From assembly GCA_013265495.1 (NCBI GenBank), contig MU058039.1, positions 126,591-190,590 of the forward strand: a stretch of 64,000 bases of DNA, written 5' to 3'. Under the pieces are notes generated by a model. That model was given only the letters and a program-made list of their open reading frames with translations, did not search any database and was not told the DNA's origin. This stretch comes from Vicugna vicugna. Its lineage: Eukaryota. Made by a program: the position numbers and the translations under genes. Of the stretch, positions 12,071 to 26,361 are shown in pieces (position 1 is the first letter of the stretch; every line of letters starts with the position of its first letter).

Positions 12071-13857
12071 ACAGTGACATGCCTATTAATACATCAAAAA
12101 ATTTAAATATTGTGATAGCTGCATTTCCATGTAGTTGTTTGAAATCCTACAAATTTCTTTTAATTGAAGTATAGTCGGTTTACAATGTTATGTTAATTTC
12201 TAGTTTGAAGTCCTACGAATTTATGTAATGCAATTTATAGCATTATTTGGAAAAGGATTCAAAGGATTCAAGGACTTTCTCAGATGCAGGAAGGATTTAA
12301 GACATAGAACGGGCTCAGGCTCCTTCCTCAGATTTGAGGTGCAGTTTCTGCCCTGGTTTTATTGCTCAGGGCAGGATTTCTCATTTGTCTTGGACACTGC
12401 AGTGGTTGGTTTGGAAGTTGGTCTGTGACCTTTTTTTGAGTGGGTGGAGTGGTCTGATTTCCTTTTGTTTTTCTCACCTCATTAGAAGTTAGGAGCTTCT
12501 TTTCTAGCCCTGTTCCTCTGTCTTGTATGCATTTGAAGGCAATTTTCCTTGTAAGCCAATCTTTGGACTCATTTTGCTGGTTTTGCCAAATGGCATTTTC
12601 ATTCTCGTATTATGTTCCTGTTCTTTGACCATTCATCAGCTTAGAAATGTGTTTACTTTCCTGGGTTTTCATTTTCTTATTTTTCTTCTGACATGTCTAG
12701 CTCACAGAGCAAATGCCAACCAAGAAGAATAACTTGAGGGATGTGGAGAGATACTTTCTTTGTACTTATCACCAAATGAGGTTGAGTTTTAGTTTTTGAG
12801 CTTATGTGTCTCCTCAAAGCGTGGGACATTATGCGGTAAACCAGAGACTGACACATTGTAACTTACTATTCTTCAATAGAAAAATAAAAATTTAAAAATT
12901 AAAAAAAACACAAATAAAACACTAGATTTAAGTAAAATGTGTTTTTCTTTAAACATAATCCAGAGGGAAAAGATAAAAGTCCCTTAGAAATCAGGGCAGA
13001 AATTCCAAAGTGTCTCTTTCCCTCTTTCCCCATAGTATGGCTGGAATGTGGGTTCCCTTCCTTGTTCCACTCCCACCAAAGACATGAGGCCACAGACTGC
13101 AGTGCTAGTGAGAGATGGAGGAACTGTGGGCAAGAGAGTGTGATCACTCATTCAGACACACAGATGCATGTGTCACCTCCTGGTGTCGCCCCACTGGATA
13201 AGTGCTTCTCCAGATGCAGCCTATTTTTTTCAGTTGAGACATCCAGTCTGTGTGGTACCTGCTGATCTGGGTGTGACCAGGTGTCATAGTGATAATAGAG
13301 ACAATGACCCTAACAGGTTAATGGCCCTTCAGCCTGTGTGTAGGTAACTGGGAGACAGTATATATATTATTAATCTATGTCTGGGTCACCTGTGATGGTT
13401 TTGTTATTTTTTACATAAACTGTTGAGAATTTCTTAATAATTTTAATAGAGAAACTACTAGCCACTCTAAAATCTTTCCATTTCTTGGTCTAGAGCTGGG
13501 ACTGGACCTCTCAGCAGCAAGGAATGCTGAAGGTCAGAGGAAAAAAGCAGTACTTCCTTTTAAACCTCTCATCTGTCTTTCTCTCTCAGTTTCTTCTCTT
13601 TCTTATTTTTTTTAATGCACACATTTTTAAGTACTTGGGGACCCTTAGCATGATGGTAATTAAACTAGATTTGTACTTTTTCATTGGAGAATTTAGCCCA
13701 TTTTTGCTTATCGTAACTAATATGTTCAGTTGTACTTTGATCATATTTCATGCATTCACTCATTCACATTGGACCATGTTTTCTTTGCTTTTATTTTCTC
13801 TGATAGTCGATAGCATATAGCCAATATTTAGTTTTAATAAGTAGTTAATTTTACACT

Positions 13858-13991
13858 TTTTTTTGTGGGGGGAGGTAATTAGGTTTTTTATTTGCTTGCT
13901 TTTTTAATGGAGGTACTGGGGATTGAGCGCAGGACCTCGTGCATGCTAGTCATGCAGGCATGCACTCTACCACTGAGCTATAACCTCCCCC
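13858..13991 (-). mobile_element. tRNA-derived SINE (vic-1-like)
   Basis: ggtactggggattgag...ctctaccactgagcta; acactttt direct repeat on both flanks. Confidence 0.85.
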
Positions 13992-14109
13992 ACACTTTTC
14001 AAAAATATCTTTGATTTCACATTTTCTGTAATTATTAAATACAAAATTAATAAAAGAACTTTAGATTATTTTCTTTGAGCTATCAATTGACTTAGACACT
14101 TTTCCCATT

Positions 14110-14670
14110 TTTTTCATGTGTCTTTCTTGAAGGATCTCCAAAGCTTTGAGACACCAGCTGAGTGTCCTACAATTCAGCTCAATTCTGACACTGTCTACTC
14201 AGAGGTAGCATCAGTTTCCACAGGTTAAGGGCTTAGTCCTACAAGACTGCTCCCCACTCCTCCGACTCAGGATACCAGTCAGAAGTCCAGGTTGTCACCT
14301 GGGCTTCTGATCAACTGGCTACAGATTGGCGGGTCCAATGACCCCCTCCACGGGTTCATTTAATTTGCTAGAGTGGCTCACAGGATTCAGAAAAACATTT
14401 TACTTACTTATCACCAATAAGGGTGTAACTTAGTAACAGCCAGTTGGAAGAGATGCACAGGACAAGGTAGGGAAGAGTGGTGCAGAGGTTTCATGCTCTC
14501 TGACTGCACCGTTCTCCCCGAATCTCCACCAACCTGGAAGCTCAACAAACCCTATCCTTTTCAGGTTTTGCAGAGGCTTCATTACATAGGTATGGTTGAT
14601 TAAATCATTGTCCACTGGCAATTGATTCAACTTTTAGCCCCTGTCCCCTCCGTGGAAGGGAGAAAGGGGA
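14110..14670. mobile_element. ERV LTR (MER21-like)
   Basis: Recognised motif gacaccagctgagtgtcctacaattca...cacaggttaagggcttagtcctacaagactgc. Confidence 0.65.
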
Positions 14671-15749
14671 GAAAATTTCCAGAATCCCATCATCACCTGA
14701 CCTGCTGTTGTATTATATTTGATTTATTATAATCTATCAGCTGGGGTCTCTCTGCACTGACTGTACACACATGTCTACACATAGGGATTTGGATTATCTC
14801 AGGATCCCACCTCCTAGCCCCATCCCCCATCCCTTCTCTGACACTTTTCAGTTCTTCCATTTCATTTGTGCCCCTTAGAGCCCCATGCCTGACTTTGGTG
14901 CCCATTGAGTTCTTTAACAAGCATTCCACATTCATGGATATGAAATCCTTGGCAAGGTGCACCACCAGGACTGGAATGAGTTCCCAGGCAACTGCTCCTT
15001 CCTAAATATCTGTCCAGTGGAAGACACCAATATTAACATGCAAACCTTGTTTTTCACTTCTCCAGGCAAAGGGATATTGGAAGAGATTCTAGATTCAAAG
15101 AGTAATCTTTGAATATCTGCATCATTGATAGGTCTTGGAGGTGCCTTAAGGGTGGGGCTTTACGTGGGATGGTTATCAGGAAATTGTGGATATTAAGGAA
15201 GTCAGGAAGGAAACAATAGGATCACTTACAATTCAACAATTCAGGGTAAGTTCCTAAAGGATTTTCTGGCTGCTTAATACCCAGAAGCCAACCCCTCATC
15301 TCTTATAAAAGCTACAGGCCAGTAGGTGCCAGAGAGGTTTATGTAGTGTCAGATCGATCCATGCTTTTCCTTACAGTGGGAATTTTGGGTACAGAATTTA
15401 AGGGGGCTCCAAAAACAGTAGTAAAGATAAATATTCTAATGTACTATTTTTTAAAATGCCCCCTTTCCCAATCCATTATGAAGAAAACTGTCAAATTGTG
15501 CTTCCTTTTCACTTCTCTCCCCTCTTCCCTCACCACCACCACAACCACTTGGGAAATTTCCTTCAAGCGGTACCTGACCCTCAGCCTTCAATAACAACCC
15601 CAGGGAATTCTGGATCAAGCCTTGGGACTTCATTACACTACTACCATCAGGGCAACTTCTGCTCTTTGCCTTAAGTCTAGTCTCTACTCTTCCAAATCCC
15701 GGGGACACGTGACCAGACCCACTCCCACTGCCATTTCAGGAGTTGGATC

Positions 15750-16750
15750 CAGCCAAATCCCACTCTTTCCGAAAACAGCCTAGGCGTTCCCCATCCGTAA
15801 TGGCACACCGTCCTTCCCGCGGGGACGCAAGTCCGCCCTTATCCGGCAGTCCCAGCATAACATCACCGCCCTGCCCTATCCCCCAAGTGTTTTACTCTGA
15901 GCCTCGTTCACCCTCCCACCCCAATCCCTCACCGACTCAGGCCCCACATGTCTTGAGCTCAGTTTCAACTCCAGAAAGGGAACTCGGGGCAGGGACTTGC
16001 GTAGGGGAGCCTAGGTGCCCCAGCGGCTCCCGCGCGCCGCTGAAGGTCAGTGCGTAGTCTGGCCACCTGCCGCCGCAACACCGGTCGCCAGGACCACATT
16101 TCCTAGAATCCTCAGGCGTGTCGGCGATGCTCTCGTGGTTTGCAGATCTCACTGGCCCTCGGTGGAGAAACTCGCGGTCTGGGCATCTTAACAATGGGCT
16201 CCTAAAGTTGGCTGTGTAAGTGCAGATGCCAGTCACCCTGTATTGGAGAAGCCCATTCGCCGGCCCCTTCTACATCCAAAAGACTACACTCTCCAGAGGC
16301 CTTTGCGGCCACTCCCGCCCTCCCTTCCGCTTTCCCCTTAGCGGGAGGAGGTGGCGTAAGAGGAAGACTTCCGGTTGGTGGGTTCAGCCCGTTAGACTGG
16401 ATGGCGGTGGGGTAGATGTTATTCTGGTCTTTTCCACACCTCTTCTTTTGGTTCCCGAGCTTCGGCCTCAGGATCCGCACCGTGTATCCCGCGTTCCGTG
16501 AGTGCCCTGTAGTCATAGCCTCGTCCATTCAGCACGTCCCTCTGCTTGTTCCCGTTTTATTCACGGGGACCCAGGCTACCTCCGAAATCGGGCGCTCTCC
16601 TGCAGGCATTTCTAGGCCACCCATTTTCCTTTCACTCCAGCCCACAGGTTTAGAGACAAACCCTTTCTCCACTGCTGGGGGATATGGGCTTCACTGCGGC
16701 CAGAATTTGGGGCTGAGCTTGAGGGTGCTCCGTCACCCTGGGCCCTTTCT
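15750..16750 (+). promoter_or_regulatory. ZNF875: ZNF875 CpG-island promoter and probable non-coding exon 1 (candidate donor TCC|gtgagt after 16497)
   Basis: CpG-rich; GC boxes; paired ETS sites GGAAGACTTCCGG near 16362; YY1-like GATGGCGG near 16400; lies directly upstream of the ATG exon. Confidence 0.75.
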
Positions 16751-16949
16751 CTAGAGCTCTGGATGGAAATTGGCTTGTGCCGGCGATTTCTGTGACACTC
16801 CCAATCTCAAGTAATGGGGCTCTGGAGCAGACCCCGCCTGCACTGGGAAGGGGTTTTCCAACTAGGCATCTTCTCATTTCTCTTCACACCCTCAGATCTG
16901 CCTTCTGAGACTGCCCTTCTTCAGGGAGAGCACTCAGGGGACCAGGAAA

Positions 16950-16982
16950 ATGGCCACGAGGCTCCTGAAAGCCAAGAAAGAG
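16950..16982 (+). CDS. ZNF875: ZNF875/HKR1 first coding exon (whole exon 16896-16982), MATRLLKAKKE
   Basis: ctcag| acceptor, AAAATGG Kozak context, GAG|gtgag donor; phase 0 fits KRAB-A; matches the recalled HKR1 N-terminus MATGLLRAKKE. Confidence 0.85.
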
Positions 16983-19900
16983 GTGAGAATTTCCGTTAAA
17001 TTCCATCTTGGCTGTCAAGAGGATGGATCCATTACCTTTTCTTGCTCTGGAAGCTGCCTTGTTGGTACTGGACAAAGTTGACTCCTGGTCCTGGAGAAGT
17101 GGCTCATATTACATGGAATCGTCCCTCAACATTTCCTTCTGCTCCACCCATACTTAAGGCATTCTCAAAGTAGTTAATTGTGAACAGCACATGGAACAAT
17201 TTAGACGAAAATACAGGGACATCCAGGCTAGTTGTCCAGTGATAAGGATGAAAGGCAGGGACAGCGGAGTAACCAGTGGCCTGCAGTGGCTAGAGAGGAC
17301 CTCCAGGAGAAGTAGGGCTGTCTGAACTAGCCTTGAGTGTCTGGTAAATTGGAGAGTTGGTGAAGACGTACCAGTAGGAGGAGGGCAGAAAGAATGATTA
17401 GTCTGAGGCTGGGCCACTGGGCACACTACCCTTGCCACAGTGTGGGAAGATTATAGTGGCCAAAGGACTTATTTTACGTTTATTTTTAGATATGTACTTG
17501 TGAAGATACAAACTAGCTGTCCACACTTGGAGCAGAGAGGAGTTTGATATGGTCTGACCTGGATTTTACATTTGAGAGCATTTTCAGCATCTGGCAACGG
17601 GATTTCACCAAAAATTCTAGATTACCTGCCTCTTTGAAAATAAATTGCACTGTACTCTGTAAGGACATTTGAGCTGAGCAGTGTCTTCATCATTTGGACA
17701 GGTCCTGCAGAGTCTGTTTGTACTTCCCATAGTATCCTTCATACTGAGGTCCTGCAGAGTTGAAACCATTGACAGTTAACATTTTGCCTGCCCCTCTCAT
17801 TTTTGTTACCTGTCTGGTCCCTGAAGGATTTTCATTTTCCAGCTCTGAGTCTGGGTGGCCAGACTGAGTGCCAGGGTCAGGAGTGTAGACTTTGTCTTTG
17901 AGTAAGATGAGTTTTGAAGGATGTTGAGAAAGGATTTTCTTTAAGGAAATCAATAATATAGGCATACAGGGACTTAAGGGGAAACTTTCTAATCCCTGAG
18001 CATGGTGACTCTGAAGACCTTGACTTAACTGAATGTGACTAACATTTATTGAGTGCCAACACAGTTGTCAGGCTGGTTTATTATGATTTTTGATATGCAT
18101 TAACTTGGTTATTTCAGATCTGCCTTCACTATCCTCATCCAAAAAATCAGAGTAGAATATAGACAGGAAATGAGATCTTGATTTATTCTTAATCCTGGCC
18201 TCCCATGGTAGAGATTTATAACTTCTTGGGTGTTATCAGAATAACTTTGAGAGTTCTTTGTTTCTCATTTGTAAAGTGTTTCATTAATTTGGAAGGTGTT
18301 AGTGCCAAGAATGCATAAGAAATCCAAGTCAGGGCATTTCCTAAGGTAACATTGAATCATATTATGTGGGTACTTTCTTCACCACTCCTAATGTTAATAG
18401 GGAAGCATTCTGGTTTTCTGGGAAAAGCCAGAAAAATTTGTGTCAGCTGACTTTTCTTGCCCTGATACTTAAAAAAAAGATATTATGAAAACTTGATCAA
18501 AGTGCACAAGCATTTGAATGGATAAGTTGTTTAAGATGAATCCTCTGTGCCTCAAGGCGTACCTGGCACACATGAAATGTTTGGTGCCTGGAGGAACCGC
18601 AACCTAAAATAAATTAATTTGAAGGAACTAAGTAACAAAGGAGTTTCTGTTGTTTGTTTTGATGTTATTTGAGGCATATAATTAATCACATATTTCAGGG
18701 GGTTGGGGAGGATTTCCAGGTAGTCTGATATGCATGACATCTGAATTACAGAAAACAATTTAAGCAAACATACAGTAGGATATTAGCTATCACTGCCTGA
18801 GAGGATAAATTAGATATGTAACAAGTGAGTTGGGCTGGCAGGCACATGATATTACTGATTCTTAGCATTTTTTCATTGATTCCATTGAAAAAATTTGCTG
18901 AATATCTACTGTACAGAACACTTGATAGACCACAGTCAATGATGTGTTAAAGCACAGCCTGCACACTTATTGAGCCTTCCATTGTTATTTTTGGATTTCT
19001 TTTATCATTGGGATTTGGTTTAATTTATGTACATACACACACGCCCCTACATACATACATTGTGATAGATATTAATGATAAAATCATATTGTATTAAAGT
19101 TAGAGACAGTGTATCTACTCAGACCCCATTTTTAAATAGGTGAAGGAACAGCCAACATTTATCCCACTGAAAGTGATTTCTACAAAGTGCTTTGAATGGA
19201 TGAACCCATCCACTATTTCCCAATATAGGGTAACATTCAACTTGTTCCCAATACTTAACTGTAAATAATGCTTCTATGACCAACTTTGTGCTTGAAATTC
19301 TTTTTATAGATTTGTATTTATTCTCAAAAAAAAAATGACAAGGTGTTTTGAAGCAGTGGGCACTCACACCAGTTGGAGCTTTGGAACCCTGCCTGTTCTA
19401 AAACCTTTGACCCTATCAATTATTTCTTCCATTTTTGAGATTCCCTTCTTCCACCACCATGTCTTTGCTTTACATTGTGCAGTTTTACATTCCCAGGGTA
19501 TACCTGCCAGTGCAGATCTTTTTCTTCTCTCATGTGAATGTTCATCATAATGTCCTGATTTGTTTCCCCATGGTGATATGTTCCTTTGCTACCCATTACA
19601 TCTGTAATCCTCATTTCCCCCAAACATTACTACAATAGCATCGCTTTTCTGTTCAGAAGCCTTCCTTCTGTGGCTCACAACAGCATCTTAATATTCAGGA
19701 CAGTCCTCATTTCAGATGTGTTCTCTTTATGACATCGTGTTCTGATTATTCATTTTGGAAGTGTGTTTATTGCCACCACAGTGGAGTAATTTCATATATA
19801 CCTTTTAGATAAGTTCATTTTTTAGGCATTTGGCTGGAAATGGGAGAGAAATAACCATTCATGTCATTCAGATGAATCCATCCTCTTTATAACGTAATGC

Positions 19901-20049
19901 CTTCATGCCCAAGAGTGAGTGAGAAATGGAAGGACTGAATTTATTGCTCTCTAAATCTGTTTTAGGAGTTTCTGACAGCATGAGGATCTCTTAGCAGATC
20001 AAGGTTAATATTAGTTGCAAAGTATTTTTCATATAACAAGACTCCTTTA

Positions 20050-22030
20050 TCAGTATATAGGTTAGCCTTTGCTGCATAACAAACTACCCCAAACTTACTG
20101 ACTTAAAATCATTTATTAGCACATAGTTTGATAGGTCAGTATTTTGAGCTGGGCACAGATGGGTGTTCTGCAGGTTTCACTTGGGCTCTTGTTGCTGCAG
20201 TCAGCTGGTGGTTTGACTGGGGCTGAGTGACCACCCGTGCCTGACAGTTACCAAACTGGTTGACTAGGGTGCATTGGTTCTTCTTGGTTCTTTTCTGTGT
20301 GGGCTTGGGCTTGTTCCAGAGACTCTGCTTAGACTTGATTAAATGATGGTTTTGGGTTTCCCTACATGGCAAGAGAGAGGACAACCCCAATGAACAAGCA
20401 CCTTAAGCCTCAGCTTATGTTACGTTTACTAATGTCCCTTTGACCAAAGCAAGTCCCATGGCCAAGTCCAGAATTGTGGAAGGGACTAGCACAAGGGTGT
20501 AGATACAGGGAGACATTATTCACTGGGATTCGTTACTGTAACTATGCTCTGGTCCCAATGATCCATATCCTTCCCATGTGTAAGATAAACTCACCCACCT
20601 CCCAGGATCCCCGGAAATTTCATCCTCAGACTCAAAGTCCAGTATCATATGTATATCAGTCTGGATGTGGCTAAGGCTTCTTCAGTGAGACTCCTTTCAG
20701 TCCAAGACATACTAAAAAGACAAGTTATTTGTTCTTCTCCACCCCCAACTACTCACGTAGCATAAAATGGTGAGACATAGACAGGAAAACTGCAGTAGAC
20801 ACTCCTATTCAAAAAGGGGAGGAATTGGAGGCACATAAGAGGCTTCTTCATTTTGAACTGTCTCTAGTCCTTTTAGTCAAGCTGATACAACTTCTTTAAA
20901 AACTCTTTGGGTTTCCCATGTATCAGATTATATTATTCTATTAAACAAAAATATAATTCTTTTCCAGATCTCTCATCTTTGGGTGGGGTGTCGATGCTGT
21001 GGGACAATACCTGTAAGAATCTCAGAAGCCCTTTTGTCTAGTTTAGAATCTGCTATGCATCACTTTAACAGTTTCAGAGGTCATAAAATTTAGGCCTTTC
21101 AGCCAAACTCTTAATCTTCACCCTGAGGCCATTTCTTTTCTTCAGACTCTTGCTGGCTGGAGAGACTGGAGATGTACGATAGTTTTATTTTCCAACCTAC
21201 AAGTCCTGGCTTGTCTATATTTCGTCTAAATTATGTTTGTGAACTGCTTACTTGCTGCTTTTGCTCTTCTCTTTCTGTATATTATCATGTGTAGCTAGAA
21301 GCATCTAGCTGAAGCTTTTAACTGGCTTTCAGGAGATCTCTTTAGCCAGACTTGAAAATTCATTAGGTATTTTTTCTGGATTTTAAATTAATGCAGGAGA
21401 TAGTTTTGCTAATACATAGCAAGCATTGTCTTTTTTTCAAGCTCACCACTTTTCTAGCCTCTGCTAACAGTTTGTTTACTATTTTTCCAACCTTTGCTAT
21501 CAGTTTCTTGGATGCTTTCCCAGCCTCTGCCATGTCCTAGTCCCAAAGCTAAAAGTTTCAGGTAGTTGTTATGGTGTCACTTCATTTCTATGTGCCAGTT
21601 TAGGGGCTTAAAACAAAGTCATTTGTTAGTTCACAATTTTGTGGGTCACCATTTAGGCTCGGCACAGCTGAGTGGTTCTTATGATTTACTGGGGCTTGCT
21701 CATGTGGCTGCTCAGCTGGAGCTATATGGTGTCACTTGCCCGGGGGTTGACAGGCTGGTTGGCTGAGGTGTCTCCATTCTTGGTTCTCTCTGGCCTCTTC
21801 AGGAGGCAGACTCAATCTTTTTACATGATGGCCTCAAGGTTTCCTGCACAGAAAGAAAGAAACCCAGCCCCAAACCCAAATGCCTTTCAAACCTCTGCTT
21901 GCATTATATTTGCTAATGTCCCATGGGATAAAGCACGTCACATGGCAAGCCAAGAGTTAGTTTAGGAGGAGAAAGGGTATAAACGCATAAAAAGTAGAAA
22001 CAGGGAGGAATGATTCAACAGGGCCCTTAG
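20050..22030. mobile_element. MaLR element LTR-internal-LTR (MLT1 type)
   Basis: Two similar co-oriented LTRs (about 20050-20540 and 21590-22030) around MLT1-int-like sequence (cactcctattcaaaaaggggaggaattgg). Confidence 0.7.
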
Positions 22031-22264
22031 TATAACGATCTATCAGTCAGATAGGATGCTTTTGGTTGCAGGCAACAGGAAACCCCACTTAGACAATTAG
22101 ACTTTATTTCTCACAACAACCCTAAAAGGTAAGTACTATTATAATGTCCATTGTTAGAAAATTGAGACACAGAGATGTTAAGTTACTGATGCAAAGTCAT
22201 GGGAGAAAGAGAACTGTCATTTGAATACAGTTTGTCTCCAGAGTGTGCTTTTAATTACTGAGTA

Positions 22265-22420
22265 GTTTGCAAACTTTACTGTAAATCAGTCACCTGGAAG
22301 GCTTGTTAAAACAGATTGCTGGGCCCCGCCCCCAAAATTTCTGGGGTGGGGCCTGAGAATTTGTATTTCTAACAAGTTCCCAAGGTATGCCGGTGCTGTG
22401 TTCAGGGACCATACTCTAAG
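22265..22420. mobile_element. MER5A (hAT-Charlie) MITE
   Basis: cacctggaaggcttgttaaaacagattgctgggccc...gggcctgagaatttgtatttctaacaagttccca. Confidence 0.8.
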
Positions 22421-25082
22421 CCAGTACACTAAGCTCTGCTGCCTCTTTGGGGGTAATCTGTGCCCACATTATGAGCCTCAGGAAAAGTATTGGCTTCCCA
22501 TTACTCCGTCTTAAAAATGAAGAAGTCTTCTGCTAGAATCCTAGAGCAGGCGTCTTGTGACTTTGTTGGTTAGCATTGGCTGATAGATCCATTCTTCAGC
22601 TGACAAGGGGATGGATTACTTTTACACCAGTCAGGCCTCCTCTTGACTTTAGTTCCCCAACTCTAGCTGTGTTGCTTCTCAGTGGGAGAGATTTGGAATG
22701 GAACATCCAGTTAGTGTTTACCAACCCCCGCCCACAACACACACACACACACACATGCATGGTTCACAGACAAGCAGACAAGGAAACCATGAATTTTTTT
22801 AGAGCTGCAGGAATACCAGTTGTGTTCAACCTGTTGAAATAACATAGGCTGGTCTCCAACGTAGCTCCTTGGTCAGAGATTTTCAAGATATGGGTGCGTA
22901 TGTGTGTGTATGTTCATTCTGAAAAAGGATTGTAAGATCAGATCACCACAGGGACTAGGCAGATACCTGAATAAGTGAATAGTCTTTTTCTCTCTAACAT
23001 TTAATTCTGAACAGCTTTGAACCTACATAAAAAAATATAAAGACTCGCCCATTGATAACTCACATACCCACCACCTGGATTCAACAATGAGTATTTTGCT
23101 ACGTGTGCTTTACCACCTGTCTGTCCACATGTGCCATCCTCTACCATCAGTTCAAGGGTAATACTCAAATACTGCATTAAATGCACAGTAAAGGGTAGAG
23201 ATTTATATTCCTTTGATCTTTCAGACTCTCTGTAGGCTGCTACCACCTGCCTGCTCTCTTTTGCAACTGGCCACTTTTTATTCTTTGTTTCTTCCCATCC
23301 TCACACCTTATCTGGAGTACCTAGCCCTCCTCGCTCTCTTTGATTCTTTGCAATCCTGCCTGGCCTTTAAGATCAAGATCATACTTCCCTCTCAGGAAAC
23401 CTTCTCTGATCTCTCTATCCCACACTGTCCTCTGCCTCTTGAGAGTCCTCTGACCCAGTGATTCTCAACCATGACTATACTTAGGAGCCCTTAAAAGTAT
23501 AATATAAAAGCCCTGCCCCTAGAGAGTCTGATTGTATTGATTTGTGGTGGGACCCAGAAACCCATAATTTAAAACACCACACAGTTAGCTCTAAAATATA
23601 ATCAGGAATGAGGAGTGGGAACCATAGCTCTTATTCATCCTCTCTGTGCTCTTTATGGTTAATTACGTTGAGGCAGGCTGCATTCTGGGATTGCTGTTAT
23701 TGTAGGGGTGGGGGCAAGGTGGGAGTGGTGTCTTAAGACCATTCCACAGCCCAGCCAGCGTAGAACAGCTGGTAGGGGACAGGAAATTTAGGGGAAGGTC
23801 CTCCACGTGTGTAAGAGCCATGAGGAGGGCACAGCATGGAATTAGTTTGAGAGGTACAGTGTCATCCCTCAAGGAGTGAAGGTATTCTGAGAAGGGGATG
23901 CAAAATCAAATCACCGAAGAGACCAGTCATGTACCTAAGTGGGTGAAACTGGTAAGGCAGGAGTTGTAGCCGTCTGCCAATAGCATGCCTAGGCTAACGG
24001 ACCCCCAGCATAGGTCACCTCCAGCCAGCCAGCTGTGGCTGTGCAGCAGTGCAGAGCCCAGAGCGGTCAGACTTACGGGTTTTTCAAAAGGACCTGTAAG
24101 CTGAGCTTTTTATGCGAAATCTCTTAATATATAATTGATATTTTAAAAAATTTTAAAGCGGTGTATGGGTCAAACTAAATCTATCTGTGGACTGCAGATT
24201 GTGCCCTGTTTTAAAAGACAAAATATTTCATGGGATAGAAAATATCCTAGCTTATTTGGGCTTGGTTTCTACACATCTTCAAGCTAAGACATGTCACCAA
24301 AACCTTCATGCCAAGGACTGCTTCTATTCCCACCCTCCAGTGTATAGCTTTCTAAGTCACAGAGGGATAACAATAACAAATGCATGTGAAATCATCTAAA
24401 AATACTTGACTGGTTAGTGTTTGCAGGCTCTGTTCTAAGCACTGGGGCAATGGTAGTAAGTAATGCATATGGAGCTTATAGTCTACTGAGGAGTCAGAAA
24501 ATAAAAGTGAATAACACATGCAATTTCTAGAGTTAAGGGCGTGCAGCAAAGTGGGAAAGGGGAATAAGAATCCTAATGAGCAGATGGAATTTCACACAGA
24601 GCGGCCAGGGAGGTCCCCCTCCGCCCGAGCACTTCCTGTGTGGAGCAGTCAGTTGTCTGAGTCCTTACGTTTCTCTACTCATCGGATCCTAAGCACAACC
24701 TTAGGAGATAAGCACTGTTATTCTCAGATCACAGAAGAAACTGAGGTGCTGGGAGGTTAACTAATTTGCCTAAGGGTAAACTCGTTGGGGATAGGTAGGT
24801 TCCCCACCCCAGAGGCTGAGGTGCTTCATGTAGAACATAAATGCTTAGAGCAAGTAGTCTCTTAAATTCTTCAGACTCAGCAAGATGATTATTTTTTCCC
24901 TTTAATTTTGTGTGTGTGATGCCTTCCTGCCTAGACTTAAAGCTCCCAATGTGAAAGGACTTTTGTTTTGCTTTTATCCCTCATAGCATTGAACCTAGGA
25001 CGTTGACAGTGACAGGTGCCCCAATGATGCTGGCTGGATGGAGATGGGAGAATAATGGTCTTTGAATTCTAGGCACCAAGGT

Positions 25083-25636
25083 TGTGTAGGGTAGAAGAAA
25101 AATTCTCTTTTCCTCTACCCATCTTAGGTTCATTGACTGGGGCCCTGTGAATTAGGCAAAAGACATATTTACAAGAGGAAAACAGTGAGAAGTTTATTAG
25201 CATGTGCATCATGCATATACATGGGAGTACGTGGTGATGGGTAACTTGAAAGAGGTGGTTAGAACTTGAGCTTATTAATCATCTTAACAAAAGAACAATA
25301 ACTCCTTAGAGAAGTGACAAGACAAAGGAAAAGGGCTTTGCACTTCTAGGATAGAAAATTGTGGGAATTAATGGAAGATAAGTGCTAGTTATTAAAGATT
25401 TACTGTGTAGATTTCTCTGGCGCACATCTCTGGCTGATAAGGGTCTAGAGTTGTCCCTGGGGATTAATTTCTGTCCTCCTGGTAGAGAGGAGGGGAGACA
25501 CTTTTACAAATTTACGTTCTGCTTTTAGGCAAATGGAGGGCAGAGAGCTTTTCTTGTGTCTGCTTATTAATTCAGTGCAAAGTAATCTGTATGCCAAAGT
25601 GGCATATTTTGTAGTGGTATATTCTGTCATCCTTCA
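25083..25636 (-). mobile_element. ERV1 solo LTR (MER41-like, artiodactyl type)
   Basis: About 550 bp, TG...CA ends, recognised terminal motif gccaaagtggcatatttt...atattctg...ccttca. Confidence 0.6.
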
Positions 25637-25756
25637 TTCACCATTCATAGTAAGGTCTAGAATCTTCTCTACCTCCTCAGGGAAGCCTTTTGATCCCTTA
25701 CCCTGAGGTGTGGGCAAGGCGGACTCCTGTATGAGCAGGGGTGTGTTTTGTGTTAA

Positions 25757-25903
<147 letters not shown>

Positions 25904-26361
25904 TAACACTTAAAATCTGCTCCACAGAGGATTTTCTGTACGCCAGGAAGAAAGGCTACTCACACAGCAGCTTTGCCTTAGGGTTGGACTTAAAAACAAT
26001 AATTTACCTTTTTCCTCAGACTAGATCTGTATTCAGTAGAGTTGAAAGCAGGTAGATTTATTCGTATTGTATATGTCACCCTGCATTTCCAGGTCTCCTT
26101 CCCAAGGCTGGGGCTTTTTTTTTTTTTTTTAAACTTCATCTTGCCCCAAACTCAGGAGATTTTCATTTATCAAGTGTTAATATGCTGTTTTTCTGAATGG
26201 ACTCACCTTTGCTCACTCAACCCTCCTACTGCAGAGAGTTCACTATTCATAGGTCCTTTGTACCACCTTCTGGGTTTCCCTCCCCATTTTGGCTCTGAGT
26301 TCCAGGGTGGTCCCTTGAGCCCACAACCAAGAGTCTCCTTGTTTTCTTTCCTTCTGAGCAG

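Noticed and set aside
13484..13540. Possible KZNF-type ATG mini-exon (ATGCTGAAG|gtcaga)
   Set aside because: Weak donor and no matching KRAB exon before the ZNF875 promoter; could be chance
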